Shown: positions 1 through 11,309 of the stretch, in pieces
Numbering within the stretch: position 1 is the first letter of the stretch
Layout: the number at the start of each line of letters is the position of its first letter
Position numbers and translations under genes: made by a program
Source of the DNA: Azolla caroliniana
Lineage: Eukaryota > Plantae > Polypodiophyta
Direction: 5' to 3'
Assembly (NCBI GenBank): GCA_043228905.1
Contig: JBHGNT010000020.1
Location: 6,014,001 to 6,078,000 of the forward strand
DNA length: 64,000 nucleotides
Notes under the pieces: model-generated
What the model saw: the letters and a program-made list of their open reading frames with translations, nothing else
Databases searched by the model: none
What the model was told of the DNA's origin: nothing

Positions 1-2446
1 GTAGAATAGTGAAGTATTCAGGCACTTCTAGACATTCAAAGCCGAAGTCGAAAAAACTATGGTTGGCATGTACGTTGTCTTCGATCAAATGGAGGCAAAG
101 AATATTTTTTGGATGAATTTACGGCATATAGGAATCCGACGAGCGTTCTCGTGTCAACACACGCCTCAGCAAAACGGCGTAGCAGAGCGTAAAAATTGCC
201 ATGTAGTAGAAGTTGCGCGAACCATGATGAATGAGAAGAACCTACCGAAATCATATTGGGCAGAAGCGGCAAATACGGCCATATATCTCATGAACAAGTG
301 CACAACCTTGGGAGTACATGATATAACTCCGCATGAGAAGTTCTTCGGAAAGAAGCCGGACTTATCACATGTCCGCATTTTCGGTTCTATCACCTACATA
401 CATATTCTTGACGATACGCGGCAAAAGCTTGACCGAAAGTCGGAGAAATGTATCCTTGTAGGATACTCACTTGAACAGAAGGGATACAAATGCTACAACC
501 CATCTACCCATAGGGTTCGAACAAGTCGAGATGTAGTCTTCGACAAATACGCATCCTGGTACGCACTTGAGAATACTTCGACTCCAACCCCGCTTGACGC
601 GGATGACACTGAAATAGAAATAGAAGTTGAGGATCGGCTCACACAAATGTTAGAAGACATCCCAACTACGACACGGCTAAGTGGGCCATCAGAGCCGTCT
701 AGCGATGAAAGCACATCTCGGCCGAGTCCGAAGCTAGACAAAGGGAAGGCAAAAATGCGGGAATCTGAAGATTAGGAAGAGACCGAGATGCTTCACTCTC
801 TCGATAGTGAATTTGAAGATCTCGACATCCGCATAGATGGAGCAAAGAAAGCCATACTCCCCACGGATCGAGAGCTACGCTGATCCACACGTGAAAAGAA
901 CCCCGTAAACCGCTACGGCTACGATGAGTACATGGCGTATCACTACGCTTTTATGATGAAAGTAGCGTCAGTACGGGAACCGCAACCGCAACCGCAAAGG
1001 ATCCGCGATGGGTTGACGGGATGAATGAGGAGATGGAAGCTTTATGCAAAAACGAGACATGGGATCTCATTCGTCTCCCCCCAAACAAGAAAGCGATTGG
1101 TTGTAGATGGATATACAAAGTAAAATACAATGCTGATGGATCCATAAATTGCTTCAAAGCACAGCTCCTTGCAAAAGGCTACGCGCAAACGCACAACATA
1201 GACTACGAAGAAACCTTTGCCCCGGTGGCAAAGATGACAATTGTACAGATAGTAATTGCACTCGCCGCAGCGAAGGGATGGCACCTCCACTAGATGGATG
1301 TGAAAAATGCTTTCCTCCAAGGAGAGTTAGAAGAAGAGGTGTACATGATACAACCAACCGGATTTGAATCGCGTAAACATCCACGCGCCGTATGCCAACT
1401 CAAGAAGCCACTCTACGGCCTCAAACAAGCACCACGTGCTTGGCATTCGAAGATCACGCAGTATCTTCATCAAGTTGGATTTTGGATGTCAAAATCCGAT
1501 ACTTCTCTGTACATCCGAAATGAGTCGGATAGCCCGATCATCATCATCCTATACATGGATGACTTAGTCATCAGAGGAAAGGATCTTGCCGAGATCAACA
1601 AAGTAAAAACACTTCTCTCCAGCAGATTCAAAATGAAAGACCTACACGAACTCCATTACTTCCTAGGCATTCAAGTAATTCGGACACCAATCGGGATAAT
1701 GATCTCACAATGGCACTATGTCCTCAACTTACTCTACAAGTTCGGAATGACCAAGTGCAAGTTTGTGTCTACCCCTCTCGATCGTAACTCAGTATCGACA
1801 ACTGATCAGTAGATTGATCTATCTAACCATTACGTGACCCGACCTCAGTTATTCGGTCAGCCTACTTAGCCAATTCATGCAGAATCTGTGAAACCTTCAT
1901 CTTGGTTGTGCTAAGAGGATACTACGGTATGTCAGTACGACAATGGCTTACAAAATCATGTATAAATCGAACACGACTATTCGACTCGAAGGGTACACCA
2001 ACGCGGACTAGGCAGGCTATAAAGCGGATAGACGATCCACCTTCAAATTTATCTTCTCCCTTGGTAGCGGAGCAACAAGAAACAGCCGACAGTCGCACTG
2101 TCAAGCACGGAAGCCGAATATAGGGATGCAACAGTAACCACATGCGAAGCCGTATGGCTTAAACGCATACTAAAGGATCTGGGCATTCCCATCAAGGATC
2201 CAATTCGTCTCTACTGCGAGAACATGAACAATATCTACCTCATGTGGAACCCCGTATTCGACGCGCGGACTAAACATATTGAAGTGCATTACCATTTCAT
2301 CCACGAGCGCGTACAAGCCGGCGAGATCGATCTACAACATACCAATACACACCTCCAAGTTGTTGATATATTTACAAAGGCCTTATGAGTCGACAAGCTC
2401 GAGCAATTTGCATCAGACCTTGGTCTCACGACATCTACATTGACAT
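1..2446 (+). mobile_element. Ty1/Copia retrotransposon fragment (integrase C-term, RT, RNase H), decayed; 5' part outside window, 3' LTR absent
   Basis: TPQQNGVAERKN integrase motif, [51 protein letters not shown], and RTKHIEVHYHF (RNase H); multiple stops (e.g. CAG>TAG at 1291) and frameshifts. Confidence 0.95.
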
Positions 2447-2861
2447 TGTCGCGACCCAAGCTTCGAAGACAAGGTCGATTTCAAAGAAAAGAAGATAATA
2501 ACAAACAAGAAAACTTTTACAAGACAAAAATAGAAGAATTTCTATTACCGGAAACCGAGATTACAAGGTTGTTGAAGACTGGTGTTGAACCGGAATGGTT
2601 CAACACTAAGCAGATCTTCGACTTATATACTATACATCAGAATGTGCATGATCGCCATTTGGCATACATGTTGTGCGCCACTTGGCGTACAGGGTGCATG
2701 CCATTTGGCGGTCATCTAATGTGTCTAGTGCTCTAGAGTTCTTGAATAATAATTATATGAAAATGTATTTATTAATGAAAATGAGTTGGTGCAATGGTTG
2801 ACGTGTAAGACCATTGTTTGAAGGTCACAAGTTCAAACCTTCATATTCACATTTTGTGACA
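2447..2861 (-). repeat. 3' LTR (415 bp) of chromovirus
   Basis: TG...CA ends; near-identical to 7685-8076 and 21889-22303; contains hairpin GTGTTGAACC-GGAAT-GGTTCAACAC and a minus-strand TATATAA at ~2623-2629. Confidence 0.93.
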
Positions 2862-5800
2862 TCATCCCCTCCTTTGACGACGAGTTCCATGAGTCGAAAT
2901 GCATGAACTAGGTTTTGGTTTATGGGGATAACGAAGATGAAACTCTTGTATAAGTTCAGAGGCATTAGTGACGTTCGTTGCAGGTTCCCATGCCTGATCC
3001 GCAGGCGTGTATCCCAGCCAATCTACTAGATAATATAACTTATTGCGGATGACCTTAGAGTCCAAAATAGCTTCTACTTCATATTCAAGTCCTTCAGCAA
3101 GTTGAACCGGAGGTAGTGGTGGGATAACCCGATTTGGAATAGAACTTGATGTCCATGGTTCTAATAATGAAACATGAAATACTGGATGAAGACACATATG
3201 TGAAGGTAGGTCCAGACGAAATGCAACATCATTGATTTGATGAGAGATTACAAATGGACCTAGACGTTGGAAATCCAATTTGGCACTTGGTCGAGTAGTT
3301 TTCACATTACGATGCAATAACCAGACAAGATCACCAACTTTAAACTTAGGGTTTTCAAGTGAAGAATCTAAGCGATGTCTATCCGCCACCTTCTTGTACT
3401 TGGCTTGAGCATGAAGCAAATTGTGAGAAAGGTTGGTTTGAATTTCTTTGAGTTTTTCTAGACGATCTTTGACCGTGCGATTTTTTGAGACTTTTGGACA
3501 TTCGAGCATCATCCATCAAGGATGATATCCTATGTTTGCAAAGAATGGAGTGAATCCCGTAGAGGAATGGATTGAATTATTGTAAGCTAATTCTGCCATA
3601 TGTAAGAAATCCATCCAATCATCTTGTTGATAGTTGATAAAGCAACGGAGATATTGTTCTAATGTTTGATTTGTGCGTTCCATTTGCCCATCAGTTTGAG
3701 GATGGTAGCTTGAAGATAGTTTACGAGAAATTCCAAGGCTCTCAAGTAAGTGTGTCCAAAACTTTGCAATAAATTGTGGTCCACGATCACTAATGATTTC
3801 ATCTGGAAGGCCATGGTGCTTGAAAACTTCTCACATAAGAAGACTTGTCAATTCTTGACTAGTAAAAGTTTTTCTACATGGAAGAAAATGTGCCATTTTT
3901 GTAAAGCGATCCACCACTGTAAAAATTGCATCATAGCCTTGGGAAGATGGGAGATCTGTGATGAAATCGATGGAAATGGATTTCCACGGACCATCTAGAA
4001 GGGGCAATGGGTGCAACAAACCATATGGCCGATGTCGAGGCATCTTTGATCGACAACATACATCACAAGTAGAAACATAGTCTATGACAAACTGACGAAC
4101 CTGAGGCCACCAATAGTTTCGAGTAACTAGCTCTAATGTTTTCAAAGATCCGAAATGTCCAGCTAGTGGTGAATCATGGCAGTGATGCAAGACTTCAAGT
4201 CGAAAAGTTCCATCGGGAATATAAGTACGGTTGTTTTGAAAAAGCAACCCATCATGCCAACTGAAGTTCCCATAATCCATGCAAGAAAACTTGGACTGTG
4301 AACAAGAAGCATGATTTGGAACAATGTGGTCTAAAATATCTTGTGCAAAATCATTTGAACCAATGCTTGAGCGAATAGAATCGACAAATTTTGAATCCAA
4401 AGTTGTCTCAACAACATTTGTCACCATTAATCGTAGACGACTAGGGCTCAAAAGGACTTGTTCTTGATTGTCGTAAGTTGGGTCCCCCAGTTTTGGTGCA
4501 AAATAAGAGCGTCTTGATAAGGCATCAACTTTACCTTGTTGTGTTCCTGGTCGATATGATATCCCAAAATTGAACCGTGTTATAAATTGTGCCCACCGAG
4601 CTTGTCGTCGATTTAGAACTCGAGCATTTTGAAAGTATGTGAGGTTTTTATGATCATTTTAAACAATAATTTGGTGGGGAGAACCTTCCAAGAAGTGACG
4701 CCATTGTTCGAAAGAATCAACAATTGCCAACAATTCTTTGTCATGGATTTCATAATTGATTTCTGTAGGTTCAAACTTTCTTGAATGAAATGCAACTGGA
4801 TGTAATTTCTCATCATCCGCTACTTGCGATAGAACACTTCCTAGTGCAAAATCAGATGCATCTACTTCTATAATAAACGGCTTTTTAAGGTCAACGTGGA
4901 CCAAAATGGGAGCAGATGTAAATGCTTGCTTCAAGCTATCAAATGCATCAGTTGCGCTTGATGTCCATACAAATGGTCGGTTCTTTTGTGTTAGTTCCGT
5001 GAGGGGCAAAACAACTTTTGAGTAACTCTTGATGAACTTGCGGTAGAAATTCGCAAATCCCAAGAAACATTGCAGATCACGAACTGAACCTGGTGTCTTC
5101 CAATCTAGAATTGTTTTTACTTTCTTTGGATCCATAAAAATTCCTTCTAGAGAGACCATATACCCTAGAAACTCGACTTGATTGCAGTCAAAGCAACACT
5201 TCTCTAGTTTGGCATAAAGACCAAATTCCCGTAATCATTGTAGAACTTGTCGAACATGATTATTATGCTCCTCTTGTGTCTTTGAGTAGATTAGTATGTC
5301 ATCCAAGTAAATTATCGTGAAGATATCGAGGAAATCTCGAAAGATTTCATTTGACATATGTTGGAAAATTGCTGGAGCATTTGTAAGCCCGAATGGCATT
5401 ACTATGTACTCAAAGTGACCATATCGTGTGCGAAAATCAGTTTTCCATTCATCACCAGGTCGAATACGAACAAGGTTGTAAGCTCCTCGTAAGTCTAGCC
5501 TTGTGAAGTATTTGGCCCCATTGAGACGTTCCAAGAGATTTGGAATCAATGGTAGAGCATATCGATTTCGAATCATAACCTTGTTCAAGCCTCGATAATG
5601 TACGACCAAACGTAAAGAGCCATCTTTCTTCTTAACAAAACAAATAGGAGCGCCAGCAGGAGATCGGGAATGTCGAATAAAGCCATTTGCAAGATTCTCA
5701 TCAATATATTCTCGAAGAACTTTCAATTCTGACGGCGAAAGGTTGTAAATTGGTCCCCATGGTGGTTCCTTCTCAGCATGCAAATCAATGGGACAATCAT

Positions 5801-6470
5801 ATGGGCAATGATCAGGAACTGTTGTGGCCTTTACCTTATCAAACACATCGGAAAATTCTTGATACTTTGATGGCAAATGGACCTCTGAATCTTATGGGTT
5901 TGAGAATGGGGTTATGACCACTGCAAATACAAACATATCTTCTATTGTAGCTTCTTTATGTAATCTTTTGAGAGAGATAGTTGATATATGTCTTGGTGTT
6001 AGCTTTGAGGTTGATGTGGTGATCAGCCTTAAAGTGTTGTCTCGTGAGTCTATGATTTCCCGCTTCTTCCAATCAATCTTTGGATTATGAAGTTCAAACC
6101 ACGGCAACCCAAGAACAATTGGATGTTCAGGACTACTTATGATATTAAAAGATATTACAGTAGCTAAATTACCAAGAACTACACGAATAGGCTCTAATTC
6201 TTCAGTAATATCTCCTGATGCAATAGAATGTCCATCAAGTACTACTACTGATGCTGGATGAGGAAGCTTATAGAGTAGAATTTCTTGTGTTGTGGCAAAA
6301 TCCCGATTCATGAAACATGAGTTGGCTCTTGAATCCAAAAGCGCAGATGCAAGAACTTGATGACATCTTGATGTGCTGAGTCGAACTTGTGCTGTGAAAA
6401 CTTCACTGACTCGGTTCAATGAAATGGAACCTAAGCTCGGAACAAGTTCTATATGCTTTGGTTGGTCCAA
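2862..6470 (-). pseudogene. Gypsy pol (protease-RT-RNase H-integrase-chromodomain), interrupted
   Basis: ORFs 5892-6470 (ALLDSRAN protease), 5235-5876 (RT), 4659-5159 (RNase H), 3831-4451 (HHCC integrase), 2862-3512 (YEVEAILD..YLVDWLGY..WEP chromodomain). Confidence 0.93.
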
Positions 6471-6498
6471 CCAAATGGCGCTCCGATTTTGGCTAGAC

Positions 6499-7622
6499 TT
6501 ACTCGTTTAACAGCTCATCTAGTTGGCTTAGAACATCAAAACTATTGGATTGAGGGTTGTTGACAAGAGTTCTTGGTTTATTGGCTTTGACTGGAGAACA
6601 TGAATCAAAATTCTCAATAGCACTTACTTGATTTAATTGTCTCTTTGGTCGATGTGGACAATGTATTGCTATATGTCCTGGACCACCACAATATAAGCAA
6701 AGTCGATTTGCTCGACGTCGTTGTTTCTCGGCTTCAGACAAAGGACCTCGACGACGTGCTGCATCAATCTCCATTAAGGTAGGTCCATTAAAAGAATTAG
6801 GATTAGGAACTTGCATGAGGCTAATGCTGAGGCATATGTTTGCTCAGATCTAAGGCGTGTCGACGTTTGTTGGCGCTCAGAACGTCTTTCGAACAAACGA
6901 TTGTCACATCAAATTGCACGGCTAATAGCTTCTGTCAGTGATTTGGGTTCATCATGAAATGTTAAGAGCAAGTCTTTAACATCATTACGCAAACCATGCC
7001 AAAACAAGTCCATCATCGCTGCTTCATCCCAAAAGATATCACAAGCAAGAAGACGAAAATCAGTTGCGTAAGCTGAGGTTGGCCGATCTCCTTGGCGCAA
7101 CCTACGTATCTTGTTTATTGTTGTTCTTACACTATTAGTATCACCAAAACTAGCTTGGAATTCGTTGATAAAGGTATCAAAGTTTTCTAGTATTGGGGAT
7201 TTCTTCTCTAGCAATGGTGCAAACCATGCTAGTGCGGTTCTTGTCAATAATGCTCCAACTAACCCCACTCGAGCTGTGTCAGTTGGATATCGGTTGGGAT
7301 GCATATGAATTATAAGGTGTACCTGATTTAAGAATCCTCGGAATTGAGACCTTGTACCATCAAATTTTGTTGGTAAACTAATTTTGGGTTCTTTCAACAA
7401 ACTTTGAGAGGTTGAAGCTTGTTGTCGAAGAGATAACACAATAGCTTCCAGTTGTTGGACACGTTTCGAGAGTTCCTCATGTTGTTGTGCCTTTTCAACG
7501 CTCACTGGTTGCAAGTCGCCAAGAAGTTTATGATTCTCTTGTTCCAATGCAACAAATTTTGTTGTTAGGAGGTCAAGTTCTGAGAGAATACGCATATACT
7601 CTTGTTTACTGACGGTCTCCAT
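6499..7622 (-). pseudogene. Gypsy gag (Peg10/Tcn1-like capsid + CCHC knuckle), one in-frame stop and a frameshift
   Basis: KEPKISLPTKFDG, LRQGDRP..YA.DFR, CLYCGGPGHIAIHC. Confidence 0.9.
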
Positions 7623-7670
7623 TGTGACGGAAAAACTTCACTAGATACTCGAGAAAAAAAAAAGAGTGGG

Positions 7671-7682
7671 ATTCCGGTTCAA
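7671..7682 (-). promoter_or_regulatory. Putative self-priming PBS (TTGAACCGGAAT on element strand)
   Basis: Lies 2 nt inside the 5' LTR edge, is not TGG-initiated like a tRNA PBS, and is the reverse complement of a 12-mer in the LTR ~26 nt downstream of the TATA box. Confidence 0.75.
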
Positions 7683-7684
7683 AC

Positions 7685-8076
7685 TGTCGCGAGCCAAGCT
7701 TCGAAGACAAGGTCGATTTCGAAGAAAAGAAGATAATAACAAACAAGAAGACGTTTACAAGACAAAAATACAAGAATTTCTATTACCGGAAATCGAGATT
7801 ACAAGGTTGTTGAAGACTGGTGTTGAACCAGAATGGTTCAACACTAAGCAGATCTTCGACTTATATACTGTACATCAGAATGTGCATGATCGTCATTTGG
7901 CATACATGTTGTGTGCCACTTGGCGTACAGGGTGCATGCCATTTGGCGGTCATCTAATGTGTCTAGTGCTCTAGAGTTCTTAAATAATAATAATATGAAA
8001 ATGGTGCAATGGTTGAAGTGTAAGACCATTGTTTGAAGGTCACAAGTTCAAACCTTCATATTCACATTTTGTGACA
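7685..8076 (-). repeat. 5' LTR (392 bp) of chromovirus
   Basis: Matches 2447-2861 apart from several substitutions and a 23-bp deletion. Confidence 0.92.
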
Positions 8077-9950
8077 ACAATCACTCTTGCCTCCCATTCC
8101 ATTATAGTTCGCTCAATATTTTTTTGTTTTTCCTCAAGGCACCGCATCCAATATATCTTTTGCTCTTCAATTGAACTACCAACAACCAATCTTTTATGGT
8201 CGTCATAGGGCATTTGCTCAGCACCATAGATTATTGCATTTGGGAAATGCAATAAGAGCCTACATCCGTCTTGTGGCTCCCATTGTAAACTAGAAGATGA
8301 GTATTGTTTGGCATACAACATGGTCTAGTTGTGACTGACCACACTTTTTTGGATGAGGAAGACATAGTTAAAACTTATATTATTAAGCGGAGCAAGAACC
8401 CTACATTCACATCTGGCTTGGGGGTATAAGCTTCAACGATCAACCTTGATAGCACAAGAAGTGTGAAAACGTCGCACCTCGCTAATTTCTTGGAGAAGCT
8501 ACTAAACATTTTATCTATGTGATCATGTTTATGATCAACTAGAATCTTTTTGAAAATACCCTTTTCTACTAACATGCTCAAGTAACCAAACACAGTTGAG
8601 TTCTTGTTTTCTCTCGCCGTGTTCTAAAGTTGCATGTATAGTACTGGTGGGAGTAAACCTTGCCAACTCTGCAGAACTCTTTGCATGACTGTAATTGTAA
8701 GATTAGGGTCGTTGTGGATATTTGGATAAGTTAAGAACACTTGAGGCCTTATTGTTTGACAACACAAAAGGCATCCTACTAAGTGCATCTGCACTAGGCA
8801 TTCATCTCCAATATCCTTGGGCAATCTTCGAAAATGTGGCAAACAAGTTTTCTTCTGATCCATCCCATATATAATCAAGCACATGTATCTTTCTAGTGAT
8901 TGAAGCGCTTTTTGACGATGGTGCATAAATTTAGATCTTTCCAACACTTGGCTTTCTCGATGCTCTCTCAATAAAGTCTTATATTTGTTATTTCTTCATC
9001 TGTTGTCCCACTCTTTGCCAAGCTTTTAAACTCGTGCAGATCGAACAAACACCCATCTGAACCTTGCGGGGTATGACCTCATTGTTAAACTTTGATCTCC
9101 ATAAACGATTAAAATGCCGATATTGTAGGCTTGGTATACCTCACGACGAGTGAAGTTATCTGACAAATGTAACCTTCCAGTGTTGGGCATAACATCACAT
9201 TGCTTCGAGAAATAAATCTCCATCCATCTAACAACATGCCGCCCAATCAGGCCCTTACATGAAGATTCTCTATTGTTGAAAGGCACCCACCACCCCTTTA
9301 GTAATCGATGTTGAATTCTCTGTAGCCTCATGTTCCCAATGCTATAAGCAATTTTAAAAGCAACTCGACAACTCTTTGTAGTAAATGAAAGGTAATATTC
9401 CACTTGTGGAGAACACGACACTGCTAGATGTTCCTTAATAAGTTGCATATTGGCAATCCAGAATGTATCTTGTTCGTCACCATTGAGAGACAAATACTTT
9501 TGTCGCAACCCCCGCAAGTTTGCCTTTCCAAATTTTGATAGACAAGGAGGCTCCCACAACATACCTTGCATACGTCAATTGAAATTTGTCGATCCGAACA
9601 CAAAAAATTATATCATTTCACACTCACTTGTCGACAAATTCTTTGAAAATTTAGAGGCTTATTAACACAGTCCTCATTAGCATTCGATAAACTAAAGTCG
9701 CATGAGTTGTATCTACTTTAACATATCTTGTTTTACCTAAGTTTATTGGCTCTATCAAAAAAATTGACGTCGAGCTTTGCTCTTGATCGTAGTTGGTCCT
9801 AACATGGCACCTTGTATTATTAACATGGCTATATTCCTCGATTGAGAATAAGGAGTTATCAGATAATATAACAGGCTCAATAGAAAACAAAGAATTTTCA
9901 CTTGACTTTGAGGAAATTTTGCTCAAGGCTATGTAACACAAATAATGTCC
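8077..9950 (-). pseudogene. Sola1-like DDE/D DNA transposase, decayed (boundaries approximate)
   Basis: Motifs across frames: DVMPNTGRLHL, GVCSICT (CxxC, ~9030-9055), CLII(Y)GMDQKKTCLPHF, LYMQL*NTARENKN (family consensus QLDN..ENKN), DHKHDHIDKMFS (consensus GHTHEDIDQ.FS). Two of the expected catalytic Asp codons are mutated. Confidence 0.72.
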
Positions 9951-10310
9951 AAAATAGGCACAAGCTTGGTTCTATAATAAGCACCATGTGCAAAAACTTA
10001 TTTATTATTATTATTTTTAAATAAATAAAAATATTTTTAAAAATAATAATTTTGAAAATACAAAATAAAAATTATATAAAGGGAAGTCATCTTCTATTTC
10101 TCATTATCACGTTCAAGCAAAAGAAGAGCATAAGAGCACAAGAGCACTCAACAACCAAAATCGTTTGGTTTTCACCTCCTCGGTGAAGTAAACATCAACA
10201 TGAACAAGGGAAAGAAAATTGCCAGGTATGTTTTCCAACCCAACATTTTAGATTCCTTAAAGATTCTTTTTTGTTTTATTCATTTTTTGTTTCCATAATT
10301 GAGGTGTATC

Positions 10311-10442
10311 CCTTTCAACGAGAACTTGATGCAGTGCATCAAGTTCCCATTCTTCAAGAGTGTCTCTTTCAACGGGAACTCAATGCAGTGCATCGAGTTC
10401 CCTTGGAAAGAGATATCCCTTTCATCGAGAACTCGATGCACT
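10311..10442. repeat. Cluster of ~24-bp motifs (CTTTCAACGGGAACTCGATGCA) in alternating orientation forming palindromes
   Basis: GAACTTGATGCA-G-TGCATCAAGTTC (10322-10346, perfect 12-bp arms); 10364-10412 24-bp arms with 3 mismatches; extra half-site 10417-10442. Confidence 0.85.
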
Positions 10443-11233
10443 ATCAAATTTGGTCACATTTTTTGTTATTTTTTGGTCTATTTCTTCAAGTTTTATATGT
10501 AACATTCTATACAAAAACATATGATTTTTGCTAGTTTTTACCTTAGTTAAGAGGTCTATATTGTTTATTATTAACAATATTGTTATATCAATTTATCTAC
10601 TCGAATAACAGGGTCAATACCCTCCAGTGACAAACCATATATGTTGTTAAAGTCCTCCTTTCTCTTGCAAAACTTTGCAAAGTTCAACACTCTAGGATAT
10701 GGAGGAACGATCCACCTGAAATAAAAAATCAATACATGTTACCTCTGCTCTACTGGGACATGTGTATTTAGAATCACAATTGGTAGGGAAGAATCAAAAA
10801 TAAAAAATTGGGCACGTGCATCAAAATCCTAAATCAAGTTTGGGGGAAGTTTGCAAACACGACCATTGAAATCACAAATGTGAATTGGTGCAAACTTTCG
10901 ACCCTAAAAAAAAAAATTGTCAATCAAAAACACGCCTGCTGCTACACCCTGATCTTCGAGACATCCTTGTCTGGGACTCCAATGACTTCACCCGAATCGT
11001 TTTTTATAAAAGATGAACGTGCATGACAGTTATAGTTATCAGAAAGGAAAAATAATAAGATTTTTTAATGGCCATGTAATGTGTAACTGATACATACTTG
11101 GATGATGATTAAAATAATGGTGTTGGTGCTCTGAAGGTGCAATGTCAATATCAGAGTTTTTGTGTTGTTGTGGGAGCTTTCGTCTACATTCGTGCTCAGA
11201 GTACTCCAGCTGTTTGGATTTCGAACTCAAACT

Positions 11234-11309
11234 CATCGAATTCCCTTGTTGAAAGTGCACCTTTTTCAACGGGAATTTGATGCACTACACCGGATTCCCG
11301 TTGAAAGAG
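11234..11309. repeat. Second cluster of the same palindromic motif
   Basis: CATCGAATTCCCTTGTTGAAAG followed by CTTTTTCAACGGGAATTTGATGCAC...TTCCCGTTGAAAGAG. Confidence 0.8.

Larger units (their letters stand above)
2447..8076 (-). mobile_element. Ty3/Gypsy chromovirus (Tcn1/Tf1-like), two LTRs, decayed gag-pol
   Basis: LTRs 2447-2861 and 7685-8076 (TGTC...GACA), PPT GGAGGGGATGA next to 2861; order gag-CCHC, protease, RT (YLDD), RNase H (DASD), integrase, chromodomain. No matching TSD. Confidence 0.95.

Noticed and set aside
6471-6515. Programmed -1 gag-pol frameshift at GTTAAAC with downstream hairpin
   Set aside because: Protease is in the +1 frame in this decayed copy and the heptamer is non-canonical; cannot be resolved without a consensus.
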